From NCBI RefSeq assembly GCF_018350175.1, contig NC_058385.1:76136001-76200000 (forward strand): 64,000 nt of DNA, in the 5' to 3' direction. Of the stretch, positions 11,344-21,900 are shown one piece after another (positions within the stretch are counted from its first letter, which is position 1; the number at the start of each line of letters is the position of its first letter). Origin of the DNA: Felis catus (lineage: Eukaryota). The position numbers were made by a program, and so were the translations under genes. Under the pieces are notes generated by a model, which was not told where the DNA came from, did no database searches, and saw nothing but the letters and a program-made list of their open reading frames with translations.

Positions 11344-11362
11344 TGACCACTAGGTGGCGCTG
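11344..11362 (+). promoter_or_regulatory. CTCF motif candidate (forward)
   Basis: TGACCACTAGGTGGCGCTG, a near-ideal match to the CTCF core consensus. Motif match only. Confidence 0.65.
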
Positions 11363-11653
11363 TTCTAAGCACTGAAAACAGGAAGGCAGCTACGACCCAC
11401 TGGGGTTGGCACAGACAGTATAGTGAGACAACAGCGCCCTGGGCGCAGTGACAGACAGGCACGGGTCATCGTGACAGCAAAGAGGGGTCGGCTTCAAGGG
11501 ACCAACGGAGGCTTGCAGACAACATGCCCCTGGCGGCTTCTTGAAGGATAGTGAGGGACTGACTGCCAAGAGTGCAAGGAAGAGTTTGCACAGAAGGGAC
11601 AACAGGACGAAGGTTTGGAGCCAGGAATCAGGGCTATTGTTTGCACGGGTGCA

Positions 11654-11656
<3 letters not shown>

Positions 11657-11689
<33 letters not shown>
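11657..11689. repeat. (GT)n microsatellite, about 16 units
   Basis: Directly visible. Confidence 0.97.
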
Positions 11690-11691
<2 letters not shown>

Positions 11692-12179
11692 CATGCGTGT
11701 GTGAACACATGTATGCCTGTGTGGTATAGCAACAAATGGTTCCTTGTGGACTGAGGACTGTGTCTGAGGTAGTGAGGAGACAGGGGCCAGTAACAGAGGA
11801 TCTTCTGTCTAGAGCTGGTTATGTTTGGACTTCATCCAGGTTGTCATGGGAGATAGGATACAAGGGACAGATATTTCACTGTCCTGTTTTTATTGTAGAA
11901 AATTTCAAATATTTGAAAAATGATAGGCAGCGTTGTTCTGACAAATAAGCAGGTAGCCACCATCCAGAATGGACAGGGGTAAACGTTCCTTCTGTTTGCC
12001 TTAGGGCTTAAAAAAAAAAAACGTGAAAGCATCAGAGGTAGAGGTGAGGTCCTGCTCTTTCTTACTGCTTCTGATCCCTGCCCCTCCCCAGGGGGACATG
12101 CTACCATCAACCTGAGGTTGGGGGTGAAGTTTCCGTGCCTGCTTCAAACATGGCGCCCGTTTTCGCATACATTGCCTCG

Positions 12180-13060
12180 TATGTTTTTGCAACTGTAAAT
12201 ATTAAATTCTAATATTCCATATGTTGCATTTTGCCACCAATGTGAAAACGATCGTATTTATTCATATTTTCTAGAATAAGCTATGGAGGGTGTTTTGGTT
12301 TTTTTTTTTTTTTGGTATTATTGAAAAAAATCTTGTGCAACCCATGTATCGCAATATGTTCCCGTTATTTTTACAAGTTTTAAATTTTGCTTTAATTCGT
12401 CTTAAATTTGTTTTTGGGTAATGACATGAGGTTGAGATCTAATTTTATTGTTTTTCATATTAATCAATTGCTCTGTACCATCAATTGAACAGCCCTTTCT
12501 TGTCCACTGATTTGTAATCCTAGTTTATTTCTAAAGTCGTAATATATGGGGGCGCCCTGGCCGGCTCAGTTGATGGAACATGTGGCTCTTGATCTCGGGG
12601 TTCTGAGTTCAAGCCCCATGTTGGGTGTAGAGATTATTTAAAAATAAACCAAAAAATCTGAAAAAATGAAGTTGCAACATATGGGTGACTTTCTTTCTGG
12701 GATCTCCTTTCTTTCATTGATCTATATGGAAGACTGTTTGCAAAGTAGGCACCATTTAATGTAAAGGAGGCCAGAAGGGAGAAGGGTAGGGACAGCTGGT
12801 GAGTTAACCAAAAGCATTTGTCCATGGTTTTGCTCCTTAATCCCCTATGGTGGTAAATCTGATCAATAGGTTTTTCTAACACGGAACGTTTTTTCTTCAT
12901 TGTTTTTTGTGTGTTTAAATACCTTGCTGGAATCCATTTGCTAATGTTGGGATTTTTGCTTTGTTTGTTCAAAACCGCCATTGCCAGGAATTTTTCCTTT
13001 TCGCTATTATTTTCATCTCTTTGCTATTGAGTTTACCAGGTAAGTTTTTTTTATCTTGCC
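12180..13060 (-). mobile_element. Old L1M (ORF2/3' region) remnant, interrupted by a SINE
   Basis: AT-rich antisense L1 text such as GAGGTTGAGATCTAATTTTATTGTTTTTCATAT..TCCACTGATTTGTAAT and TTTCTGGGATCTCCTTTCTTTCATTGATCTATAT. Confidence 0.65.
12548..12656 (+). mobile_element. Short tRNA-Lys-like CAN-SINE (no CT body)
   Basis: GGGGCGCCCTGGCCGGCTCAGTTG..GAGTTCAAGCCCCATGTTGGGTGTAGAGATTATTTAAAAATAAA. Confidence 0.85.
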
Positions 13061-13091
13061 TTATGATTTAGGTCTTGCAGTCGCCCGCCAG

Positions 13092-13317
13092 CCGTGGTCT
13101 CAGTTTCAGCTGGACATTCTAGATCTGAGTAGGCCACATCTGGCACCAGGTCACTGGGAAGGGTGCAGGACGCACACCGCCCCTGTGGCAGGCCATCTCT
13201 CCGTGGTGGTGGTCTCTGTAGCAGGTGACGCAGCGGTCCACTGGCTATTCTCAGATCACCCAAGTGACTTCTCAGGTACGGGGACAGTGACCCCAGGGGT
13301 AGATTGAGGAACCACGG
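13092..13317. mobile_element. MER5-like hAT MITE candidate
   Basis: Imperfect TIRs CCGTGGTCTCA ... TGAGGAACCACGG; internal CAGCTGGACATTCTAGATC and CCCAAGTGACTTCT resemble MER5A1/B. Confidence 0.45.
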
Positions 13318-13619
13318 GCTAAAATCAGAACCTACGTGCCCACTTACACATCAACCCCATGCAGGGAAGCTCAAGTTTATACCTTCCTACAGGCATTGAT
13401 GGTCTCTCCAAGTCTCCTAGTTCACAGTCATGGGGCTTTTCCCCCTCCTTCCTTAACCATATGTTATGCTGCCCGGAAGAGAGCTGACATTTCACCTTTA
13501 TCAGGTGTCCAGGGTTAACCCACAGTCGAATGTGTCCACTTGGAAATAGCAGGCTTTGCTTTTCCTTTTATTCTCAGCTGGCTGTCCCCTTTCTAGTCTC
13601 TAGAAGAGTCTGTAGATGA

Positions 13620-14310
13620 TAGAAACTGTCCATTTCGAGAAGGTTTAGTAAAACTTGCAATTTTCACGTGCTGTGGTATTCTCTGTAGGGGGCAGGTTTT
13701 TTTTTTATTATAAAATTAATTTACAGAATGGTCATTTCAGGCTTTCTATTTATGCTCAAGTACCTTGTGGTCATTTTTAATTAAAAAATATTAATTTTAA
13801 TCTGGTTATCACGATTATTGTGATAATACTATTCACTGCATCGTTTATTGCTAAAATTTCTCCTGAAACTGCAGTTATGTGTCCTTTGTCCTTCTTACTA
13901 TTGTTATTTATGTCTTTTCTTTTTTCTTGAGCAATCTTGTCAGACAGCTATTTTATGAATCGTTTCAATGAACTAGCTACCTTTTAAAAAAAGAAATGTC
14001 TTTACATTTTTTTTATTTAATTGCAGTTTGATTTTATTTTTATTTTATCATTTCAAGTTCCTTTCAGTATGTTCTATGGTTCTTTTTCCAGCTTTTGAAT
14101 TAAATATATATCTTCCAAAGATTTAATTTTTTTCTACTACATACATCTAAGACAATATATTTCCCTCTAAGTATTCTTAAACCACATTACTCTAGTTTTA
14201 ATGGATAATGCCTTTGTTGTCATTCACATCTAGATTTCCATTATGATTTCTGTTGTGACTCATGAATTATTAATTGTGCTTTTTTCAATTTCTAAACATA
14301 TGTTTTGTTT
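13620..14310 (-). mobile_element. Degenerate old L1M remnant
   Basis: T-rich antisense L1-like composition continuing the 12.2-13.1 kb fragment. Confidence 0.45.
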
Positions 14311-14599
14311 CCTTGCACACTTTCCCTTAAGTAAGGTGGTGGCAGCCTATTCTCCTTACAGCAATAAAGCAGAAGGTTCCCAGAAAAAAAAAAATAATGC
14401 TGGAGGTAATAAACACATTAGGTTTATCTCACAGAAAAAAAGAGAGAGAGAGAAATAACTTTCCTAAATGAAGTATACAGCTGCACAGAATGATGTTTAC
14501 TTACCAGCCATTTTTTCTATGGGCATGTTATTCAACTAACATTTAGTGGAAACATGCAAGGGAACTGTTGGGGGGGCGGCGAGGAGGCAGTCAGTGAAG

Positions 14600-14800
14600 A
14601 ACTCTGTGCTGGGCCAGCAGGGAGCTGTGGGGCCAGCAGAGAGGGGCACCGACTCGGAGAGGTGGGTGAGGACCTTCCTCGGAGGGCATGGCTGAACTGT
14701 GCCTTGTGGAAGAAGCAGGGGATGGCCAGGTGGTGGAGAAGGCTCTCCAGGCCTGGAAATGGCCTGGGCAAATGCGTGCGGAATCACCAAGGAGGTGGAC
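14600..14800 (-). mobile_element. L2 remnant
   Basis: GAGGACCTTCCTCGGAGGGCATGGCTGAACTGTGCCTTG..GGCTCTCCAGGCCTGGAAATGGCCTGGGCAAA resembles antisense L2. Confidence 0.5.
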
Positions 14801-17731
14801 GTACGTACGATGCGGGGATGGCTGAACTTTGAGTCCTTTTCCAGAAGCGCCTACAAATAAGGTCAGAAACCCGAGTAGGGTAGGCTTCCGAAGGGATGGT
14901 TCGGAAGTTGAACTTCACCGCTGTCCGCAGTCCTCCAGCCTCTCTAGGGACTCACGCTGCTTCCTTTGCTCCTCGTGTTCACCTTCCTCTACGGGAGAAC
15001 AAGGGCTGGCCAGTCTCAAGGCAACGAGAAAAGCATTCAACTCGCAGCTCGACAGGTGGAGAACAGAAATGATAGCACGACACTGACTGAGCTTTCCCCG
15101 CGCCGGGCCCTGGGCTGGGTGCCCTCAGTGAATGACCTCATTCAGTTCCACCAGCTGGACTCCGTCCCACCACTGGGCCTCCCATCACAGACGAGGAAAG
15201 GCAGTTTTGGGGTGGTCAGCGCCTGCCCGTGCACAAAGCAGCGGAGGCAGGATTCAGTCCCTTGAATGTCCAACAAAAAAGCCCAGGTCTCCCTCCTTGT
15301 TTCTCTGGAAAATAAGAATGTCAGTTTTTCTTGTGGGACTCCCAAAAGCAATAAGGCCGACTTACAGGCGACCTGAAAGCTTAGCCACAGCTTTGTGGCA
15401 ATTGTACAGGAGAGTGTCACAGGTGACCACAGCAATGGCTGACTCAGGGAACAACTCTATCATTTTGGACGCTTCCAGCTGACAGTAACAGATTAATCCA
15501 CTAAATGTGACCTGACCAATAGGGTTTTCTTTTCTTCTCCAATACCAAGGCGTCCAGCAGGAGTTGGTTCGAGTACTGACTCAGCATCTTGAAATGCTCT
15601 CGACAAGGACCTGAGTGTTCCCCTTCTCCGAGCTGACCTTCTCGGGGCATAAATCATCCCACCCCTCATGGTCCCAAGGTGTCAATGCCAGAATGCAAAA
15701 GGAGGTAAGAGCTTTCTTTTCTTTTTATTTCTTCTTTGTTTTTGTTTTGTTTTAAATCTGTTTTTATCATGGGGTGGGGATGAGCATTTTCTGGGTGTCT
15801 CCCCTGAACCCTGAACACTGCATACTTCTCTTTATGCCTCATTAGCCCAAGCTGATCCCTGGGCCACCACTTGCCGCAAGGATCTGGCACGTTCATCCCC
15901 TGTCGGGAGAGCTGAGCCCTGCTGGGACAGAGAAGGGGAAAGGCCACGGGCATTGGTTGGGCAGCCCACAGCGTCTGCTCGTATGGTTTGACTGCCGGTC
16001 CCTGCTTGCATTTATTGTCTGTGGATTTACCCGCACGTCTCCCTAATTAGGAAGGGAAACCGTGACTTATTACTTAAAATTTATTTGGTGGAAACACTTT
16101 CAAAACCAGGAATTCATTGATCATTCAATCTAGACAGGAAATATTTGCTGTGAAACCTACTTCGTGCCAAGGTAGGTACTAGAGACAGGGATAAAAACCA
16201 CCTGTCATTTCGATCATCCCCATCCTCATCTTCATCATCATCCGGTGATTCCTTTGTAGTATAAAAATGTTAATAATCCCTGAGTCTGTTGTCACTGAGT
16301 CTCTTGTCAGAGATCTTTACCTCCAGGGGTGACAGATCTGTACTTAGCCTCAGGCATTTTTAAGTATGGTTGTCTTCCCCTCCTGCCCCGGGCATGGAAG
16401 GAGCTGGAAGGACTGAAATGTGGGGCAGTCCAGGCAGAACTCACCCCCAGGGAAGCAGCGAGCCTAAAGCAGGCGGACGCTATGAGGCTGTAACTCCGGG
16501 AAACATTGGCTTCATTCGCTTCACAGTGAGCCTGAAACTCTCTGGTTGCGGCATCCCGGATTTTCTATGGGAGGACCCACGTAGGCTGAGGACCTTTCCC
16601 CATCTTCACAGGGGTCCCTTCCCAGGCCTTGCGGGAGGCAGAATCCCACATCCGGCTCTCAGGTGCCGGGTGGGAAGAAAGCAGAGGAGCAGGCTGGCCC
16701 CTCAAGGCCTGGAAAGGGTTGGCCATGCACGGGTCGGGTCCTTTCATCGGAGATGGATGGCGGACAGCAAGGCTCGGAGAGGAGAGCGAACAAAACCACG
16801 GCAATAACAGTGAGGACTATGGTGCAGGTGCACTCACTGTGAACTAGACCCTCAATCGTGTGACCCTCACTTCAGCGCTGTAAGGCAACCGAGGTGCAGA
16901 AAGTTTCAAAAAACAATTGCTAGAAAGCAACAGAAATGGGTTTCCAACCACGACTGACCTGCTTCCCGAGTTTTTGCCCTTGCACCAGGGTGATTTGAGG
17001 GTACCTGTTAGGTTGGAATGGGCTCTTCATTTCTATCATAGGCTTGATAGAAGATGAGCAGGTGAAGGAAATTTGGGGCCGGAGAGTGATGCATTGGGGG
17101 GACGGTGATGAGCTTCTGAGAGTGGGCGTGTGTTCCACTCAGCTTTTTTTCCCGAATGCCTGGCATATACTGGGTGTTTGATAAATATTTGCTTAGCAGG
17201 TGGATGCATGGAAAGAGGTATGTGATAGTGGATGGAGAGAGAGTCTAACAGTGGAGTCTGGACTTCAACCTCTGTGGTGGGGGGTGGTGGTGGCACCAGG
17301 AATGTTTCTAGAGCAGAGGAAGTGACAGGAGAATAGCACTGTTGTAAGATCTACTGGGGGACATGTGCAGACCTTCACTCCCAAGTCCTTTAAGGCGGAT
17401 TGTATCTGCTTGCTTCCCCCATGGGGAGTCCTGGGCCATCCCAGCCAGCCTTGCCCAGGCAGGCCCATCGGTGTGGGGAAATCTGACACAAATAATAAGG
17501 AAAGAAGAGTTGAGGGGCCAAACTCATCGCCCTTTAGCCTCCTCCCTGCCTGTCCACCTGTGGGCGAGGCCACTCGGTGCATGCTGGTGGCACTGTCTTG
17601 AGATGTTCCCTTAGTTCCCCATCCCATTCACCGCCCTGGGCTGGCTCCCTTCACTATAAACGCCTCCCTTCCGATCTCATTCTTGCCTGTCTGCTTACCC
17701 ACTTGGGCTTGGCCCTTTAAACTTCCAATTC

Positions 17732-17949
17732 TTTTTTTCTTTTTTTTAATGTTTTAATTTATGTTTGAGGGAGAGAGAGAGAGAACAAGCAGGGGAGGGG
17801 CAGAGAGAGAGGGAGACACAGAATCCGAAGCAGGATCCAGGCTCCGAGCTGTCAGCACAGAGCCCGACGTGGGGCTCGAACTCACAGACCATGAGATCAT
17901 GATCTGAGCAGAAATCAGATGTTCAACCGACCGAGCCACCCAGGCGTCC
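17732..17949 (-). mobile_element. Feliform CAN-SINE (older of a tandem pair)
   Basis: Antisense full-length SINE; flanks TAAACTTCCAATTCTT / TAAACTTCTGATTCTT. Confidence 0.96.
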
Positions 17950-17964
17950 ATAAACTTCTGATTC

Positions 17965-18195
17965 TTTTTTTTTTTTTTTAATTTTTTTTCAACGTTTTTT
18001 ATTTATTTTTGGGACAGAGAGAGACAGAGCATGAATGGGGGAGGGGCAGAGAGAGAGGGAGACACAGAATCGGAAACAGGCTCCAGGCTCTGAGCCATCA
18101 GCCCAGAGCCTGACGCGGGGCTCGAACTCCCGGACCGCGAGATCGTGACCTGGCTGAAGTCGGACGCTTAACCGACTGCGCCACCCAGGCGCCCC
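17965..18195 (-). mobile_element. Very young feliform CAN-SINE with intact A and B boxes
   Basis: Minus strand GGGGCGCCTGGGTGGCGCAGTCGG..GAGTTCGAGCCCCGCGTC with CpGs retained; perfect 17-bp TSD ATAAACTTCTGATTCTT at 17950-17966 and 18196-18212. Confidence 0.97.
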
Positions 18196-18559
18196 ATAAA
18201 CTTCTGATTCTTAAACCACATCGGCAACTTTGTCTCAGGTGCTCAGTTTATTGTATGTCTGAAATATGTTCCAGAGTTGTGACACGTATGTTTTATCCTT
18301 TGCTCCAGCCTGGCTGTCAGAATCCCACCTTCCAGCTCAGCTGGGCGATCAGCTTGGACAGTGGGAGTACACATACTCTCCTATAGGAGAGCCAGTGTCC
18401 CAGGAAGATGGTGACTATGCAGCAGCATGGTGGTCACAGGGCCGGGAAGAAAGGATTAGGTGGAGACACACCTGACTTGCCATTAACCAAAATATGAAGT
18501 CCATGAAAAAGCATGGCAGGAGGCAGGAGATGTGTGTGTCTGTGTCTGTTTGTGGTTGG

Positions 18560-18573
18560 GTGTCCTAGGCAAC
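18560..18573 (+). promoter_or_regulatory. RFX X-box motif candidate
   Basis: GTGTCCTAGGCAAC versus GTTRCCATGGYAAC; motif match only. Confidence 0.35.
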
Positions 18574-18885
18574 CATGTCAAGTCCACAGAACACGCCTTT
18601 CAAGGCTAAGTTTGGATCAGTAACAAACGCTTTGGGATATGGCACTACCTAAAGATGCAAAATAGAATTGACTGCTGACAGTTCCTTGGAGACAGTTATC
18701 AAGAATGTCTCCAGAAAGGGCCGTTGTTGCTTCAGGATGTTTTGCCAAGGGTAGGAGGGAAGGGGGCACGGCACGTGGGCCATGCATTTCCCATCTCATA
18801 AGGAGTCATGGGGTCAGAGTTGCGCAAAGACCATGTGGACCCTCAAGAGTCCGGTTCACACTGTCACCCTGGAAAGAAGGCCCTT

Positions 18886-18945
18886 TGAAAGCTCTGATGA
18901 GATCACTCATCAGATGAGTGATGAGTGATCTCATCAGAGCTTTCA
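18886..18945. repeat. Perfect inverted repeat, 27-bp arms, 6-nt spacer
   Basis: TGAAAGCTCTGATGAGATCACTCATCA-gatgag-TGATGAGTGATCTCATCAGAGCTTTCA, checked base by base. Confidence 0.98.
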
Positions 18946-21900
18946 TCAAACCTGCCTCCATCACACTGCCTCCTCAAACCTCAGTGGGCAATGAGGCCCA
19001 GCTCTTCTTGCAGAGAAATCCCGTCTAGCTGAAGGGAAGATTGACCTGTCCAGAAGCTCCCCCTGCACTGGACCCAAGTCTTCCCTCCTTTCCTCACACC
19101 GCTGTCGGTCGTAGTTCTCTTCTCCTGAGACGCACAGGCCGAGACTTCTCTTTGTTTCACGTGGAAGCATAATGTCTCTCCAGGCCTTCTTTTGCTCTGC
19201 ACTGTCAGCTCTTTGGGGGATTTGAGGCCCTTCACTGAGCTCCATCCTCTCTCTCCTGCTGAGCCATCTCGACCGCTCCTGCACCGGGTGCTCGGTTAAC
19301 CAACGCATGCGTGAGCACCTCCAGTATTTGGAGAATACCCACCCTTTCCAACCAACTGAGTCCAGGGTTGAGTGGCTCTGACCTTCAGAAGCTTAACATT
19401 CTTCCCTAGTGATTCTCCCTATGGTTCTTACTTCTCCCCTTCGGGGCCATCCAGGCAGTCGGAGGAATTATCACGCTCATTTCAGGGAGCCCTGGGGATG
19501 GTGAAGAAGACTGGGGTTGAAGAGATCTCAGACAGACACAACTGATGGGCTGTTCCCAGTACGCCCTGTTTTCCAGACGGGCTTGTGGCTCCTTTGGAGG
19601 TTGAGGCGGATGGTTGGGATCCTACTCTCCCTCCCCACATCGCCACCCCTGGCCCATCATATATTACCCCCGGGTGTCTCCTGATGATGATTAGTTCTGA
19701 CTCCAATTTTGAGCCAGAAGAAGGTTCACTGCCTCTTCCTCTGTTCAACACGGGCTGTGTGGGCAGGGGTGACAAGAGGGGATGTCACCAGGTAAAATTA
19801 GGTAATAAAAACTAGGTGACATAGTTCTGTTGAAAATGCATCTCTCATGCAAAATGCAAGCGGTGACAGCTTTCCTCCACAGAGCTGTCTGAGGACCGAG
19901 TTTGTCATTGGTTAGAGAGGAGATGATTTTTTTTTTCTTTTGCTGGACTTTTTAATGTCGTGGTGCTTTTAAGTGGATATAGCTTTTTTATTTGTTTACT
20001 TCTGTATTGCTACCTTTGAAATCCGTGAAGACTGATGCCCTCAATCTGAATTTATTCAGACTGCTGTTTGTAATGAAAATAGAATTTAATTTATTTCTCC
20101 AAATGTATTCTATTTTTCCTGCTCTCTTGCTTTCTTGAAAGTTTGCAGACATATTTGTCACTGGCCTTCACAAGAAGGTCCTGAATTAGGATGCACTCAT
20201 GGAACAAATGCCTATATATATGTATATGTATTTACATGTTTGGCAATAGGCTTTAATTTATAATTTTGTTCCATTCCTCCAGTTGATGGCAAGGAAGCAT
20301 GGCTCTTTGAGAATGCCCAAGTGTACTGAATTCGTGAACACAATTTACACACTAAAATAAGTCATCAGCTTCTGTGGGTTTCTGCATGTTTCTGCATTTT
20401 TTATTTTGAATAGCCTTGTGTGTGCAGTGCTTTGGTGAGGAGAGTGGATAAAAGAGAGAATGTGAGCTTGTCAGCAGGACCAGAGTCAGAGGAACTGGCG
20501 AAATTATTGCCCATATTCTGCTTGCAGAAAAGGAGGGAGAAGAAGCTAATATTTTTCTCGGGCTATCTGATTTCTCAAACATATGCCATGATAGGAACTG
20601 ATCTGCCTGTGAGGTCAGAGTTAGAGGGGGTCTGTCCTATTAACTCTTTCCCTCCCAGGAGGCCCCACAAATGCGAAGGCCCATTTATTTCGAGGGGGAC
20701 TGGAAGCAATTCCTCTGGAGCTCTGGCTCAGCTGGCCAGTTTCAGGTCTGGGGTGCAGAGGCAAAAACACTCAGGAAAGGAAAATCCGGGGGAGATGTGC
20801 AGTCACACCCTAGAAGGAATCAACAATGAAGCCATATTGATGCTTATGACCCTCCCTTCCAGCTCCCATCACCCTAAAGTACCTGAGACCGCAGGAAGAA
20901 TTTCAGTGGCCTGGGGCATGTCCAGGGCCAGCTGCCCAGGACTTGGCTAGAGGTGGGGCCTTTGTTCACAAGTCAGAGTACAAGGTAGGTAAGCAGCTGG
21001 GATGGGATGTGGGAAGGAGGGTTTCAGGCAACAGAGAGAGATGGCAGCTGCTTCAGGCAAGGAAAAATTGAGAAAAGAAAAAGATGCTTAAAGAAGAAAT
21101 TTAGAAGTTTGGGGTGCTGGTACATGTGACTTCTTCTTCTTCTTTGTGACCTTAAGAAGCCTTCAGAAGTAATAAAAACAAAACAAAAACAACTCACTAC
21201 TTTTCTCTTCCAGGTTGAAAGGGTTGATTTGTGAGGTGGTTTTCGGTGTGCGTCTATGTGTGTTTGTTGGTTTGCCTTTTTGATGACTATGTGGTGAGGA
21301 AAGACTTAAGTGTAGATTGGGGCATCCGGAGAATTTTAGCTAAGTCCAGGTTATACAACAGACAGAGCTCAGAGGCCTTAAAAATGGCTCAGGATGAAGG
21401 TAGACAGTGGGAGAGCTCTTCTGCGATTTTCTCACCCCGTCGTGCCCAATCCTGAGGATTCTATTCCTGAAAACCTGCTTGGATGAAAATTTCAAGGTGA
21501 CAAAATAAGGTTCCTAACAGGAAGTCATGACAGTTGATACTAAATCAAGAAAACACGAGGGGCGTTTTGCACATCCTAAGTGAATGCTAAGGGGCATGGT
21601 ACAACTGATCTCCAGTTACCGTTTCTGATTCCTAAGTAATTTCTGAAAATCTCGCTTCTCTGCAGTTTCAAAGGGGTGCTTGGAAATCCTTTAAAAGATG
21701 CAGGTTGAACGAGCACAGCTTGTGAAGCAATTAAAATTCACCTTTATTTTGTTCTCCTACCACTTCTTTAAAGTCTATACAATGAGGCGATCTTCTCCTG
21801 CCCCTGGGTGAGAATAAGGCCAATCCAAGACTTTCTGGTTACTCTCAAGTAACTGGAAGTTCCATTGTTTTCTTATGTTCCAAAGATTGTCTTGATTCAG

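Noticed and set aside
12548-12656. tRNA gene
   Set aside because: tRNA-Lys-derived SINE head with an A-rich tail; no complete cloverleaf
18376-18391. 16-bp perfect palindrome CTCTCCTATAGGAGAG
   Set aside because: About one such palindrome is expected by chance in 64 kb (64000 x 4^-8)
18886-18945. Hammerhead ribozyme or C/D snoRNA reading of the palindrome (CTGATGA, GAAA, TGATGA/CTGA)
   Set aside because: GAAA lies 5' of CTGATGA and is fully paired in the stem, so hammerhead topology is not met; the C and D boxes are not terminal and are buried in a perfect helix
19577-19791. AG/GT-bounded 215-nt segment open in one frame
   Set aside because: Peptide unrecognised, donor CAG|GTAAAA only moderate, no partner exons
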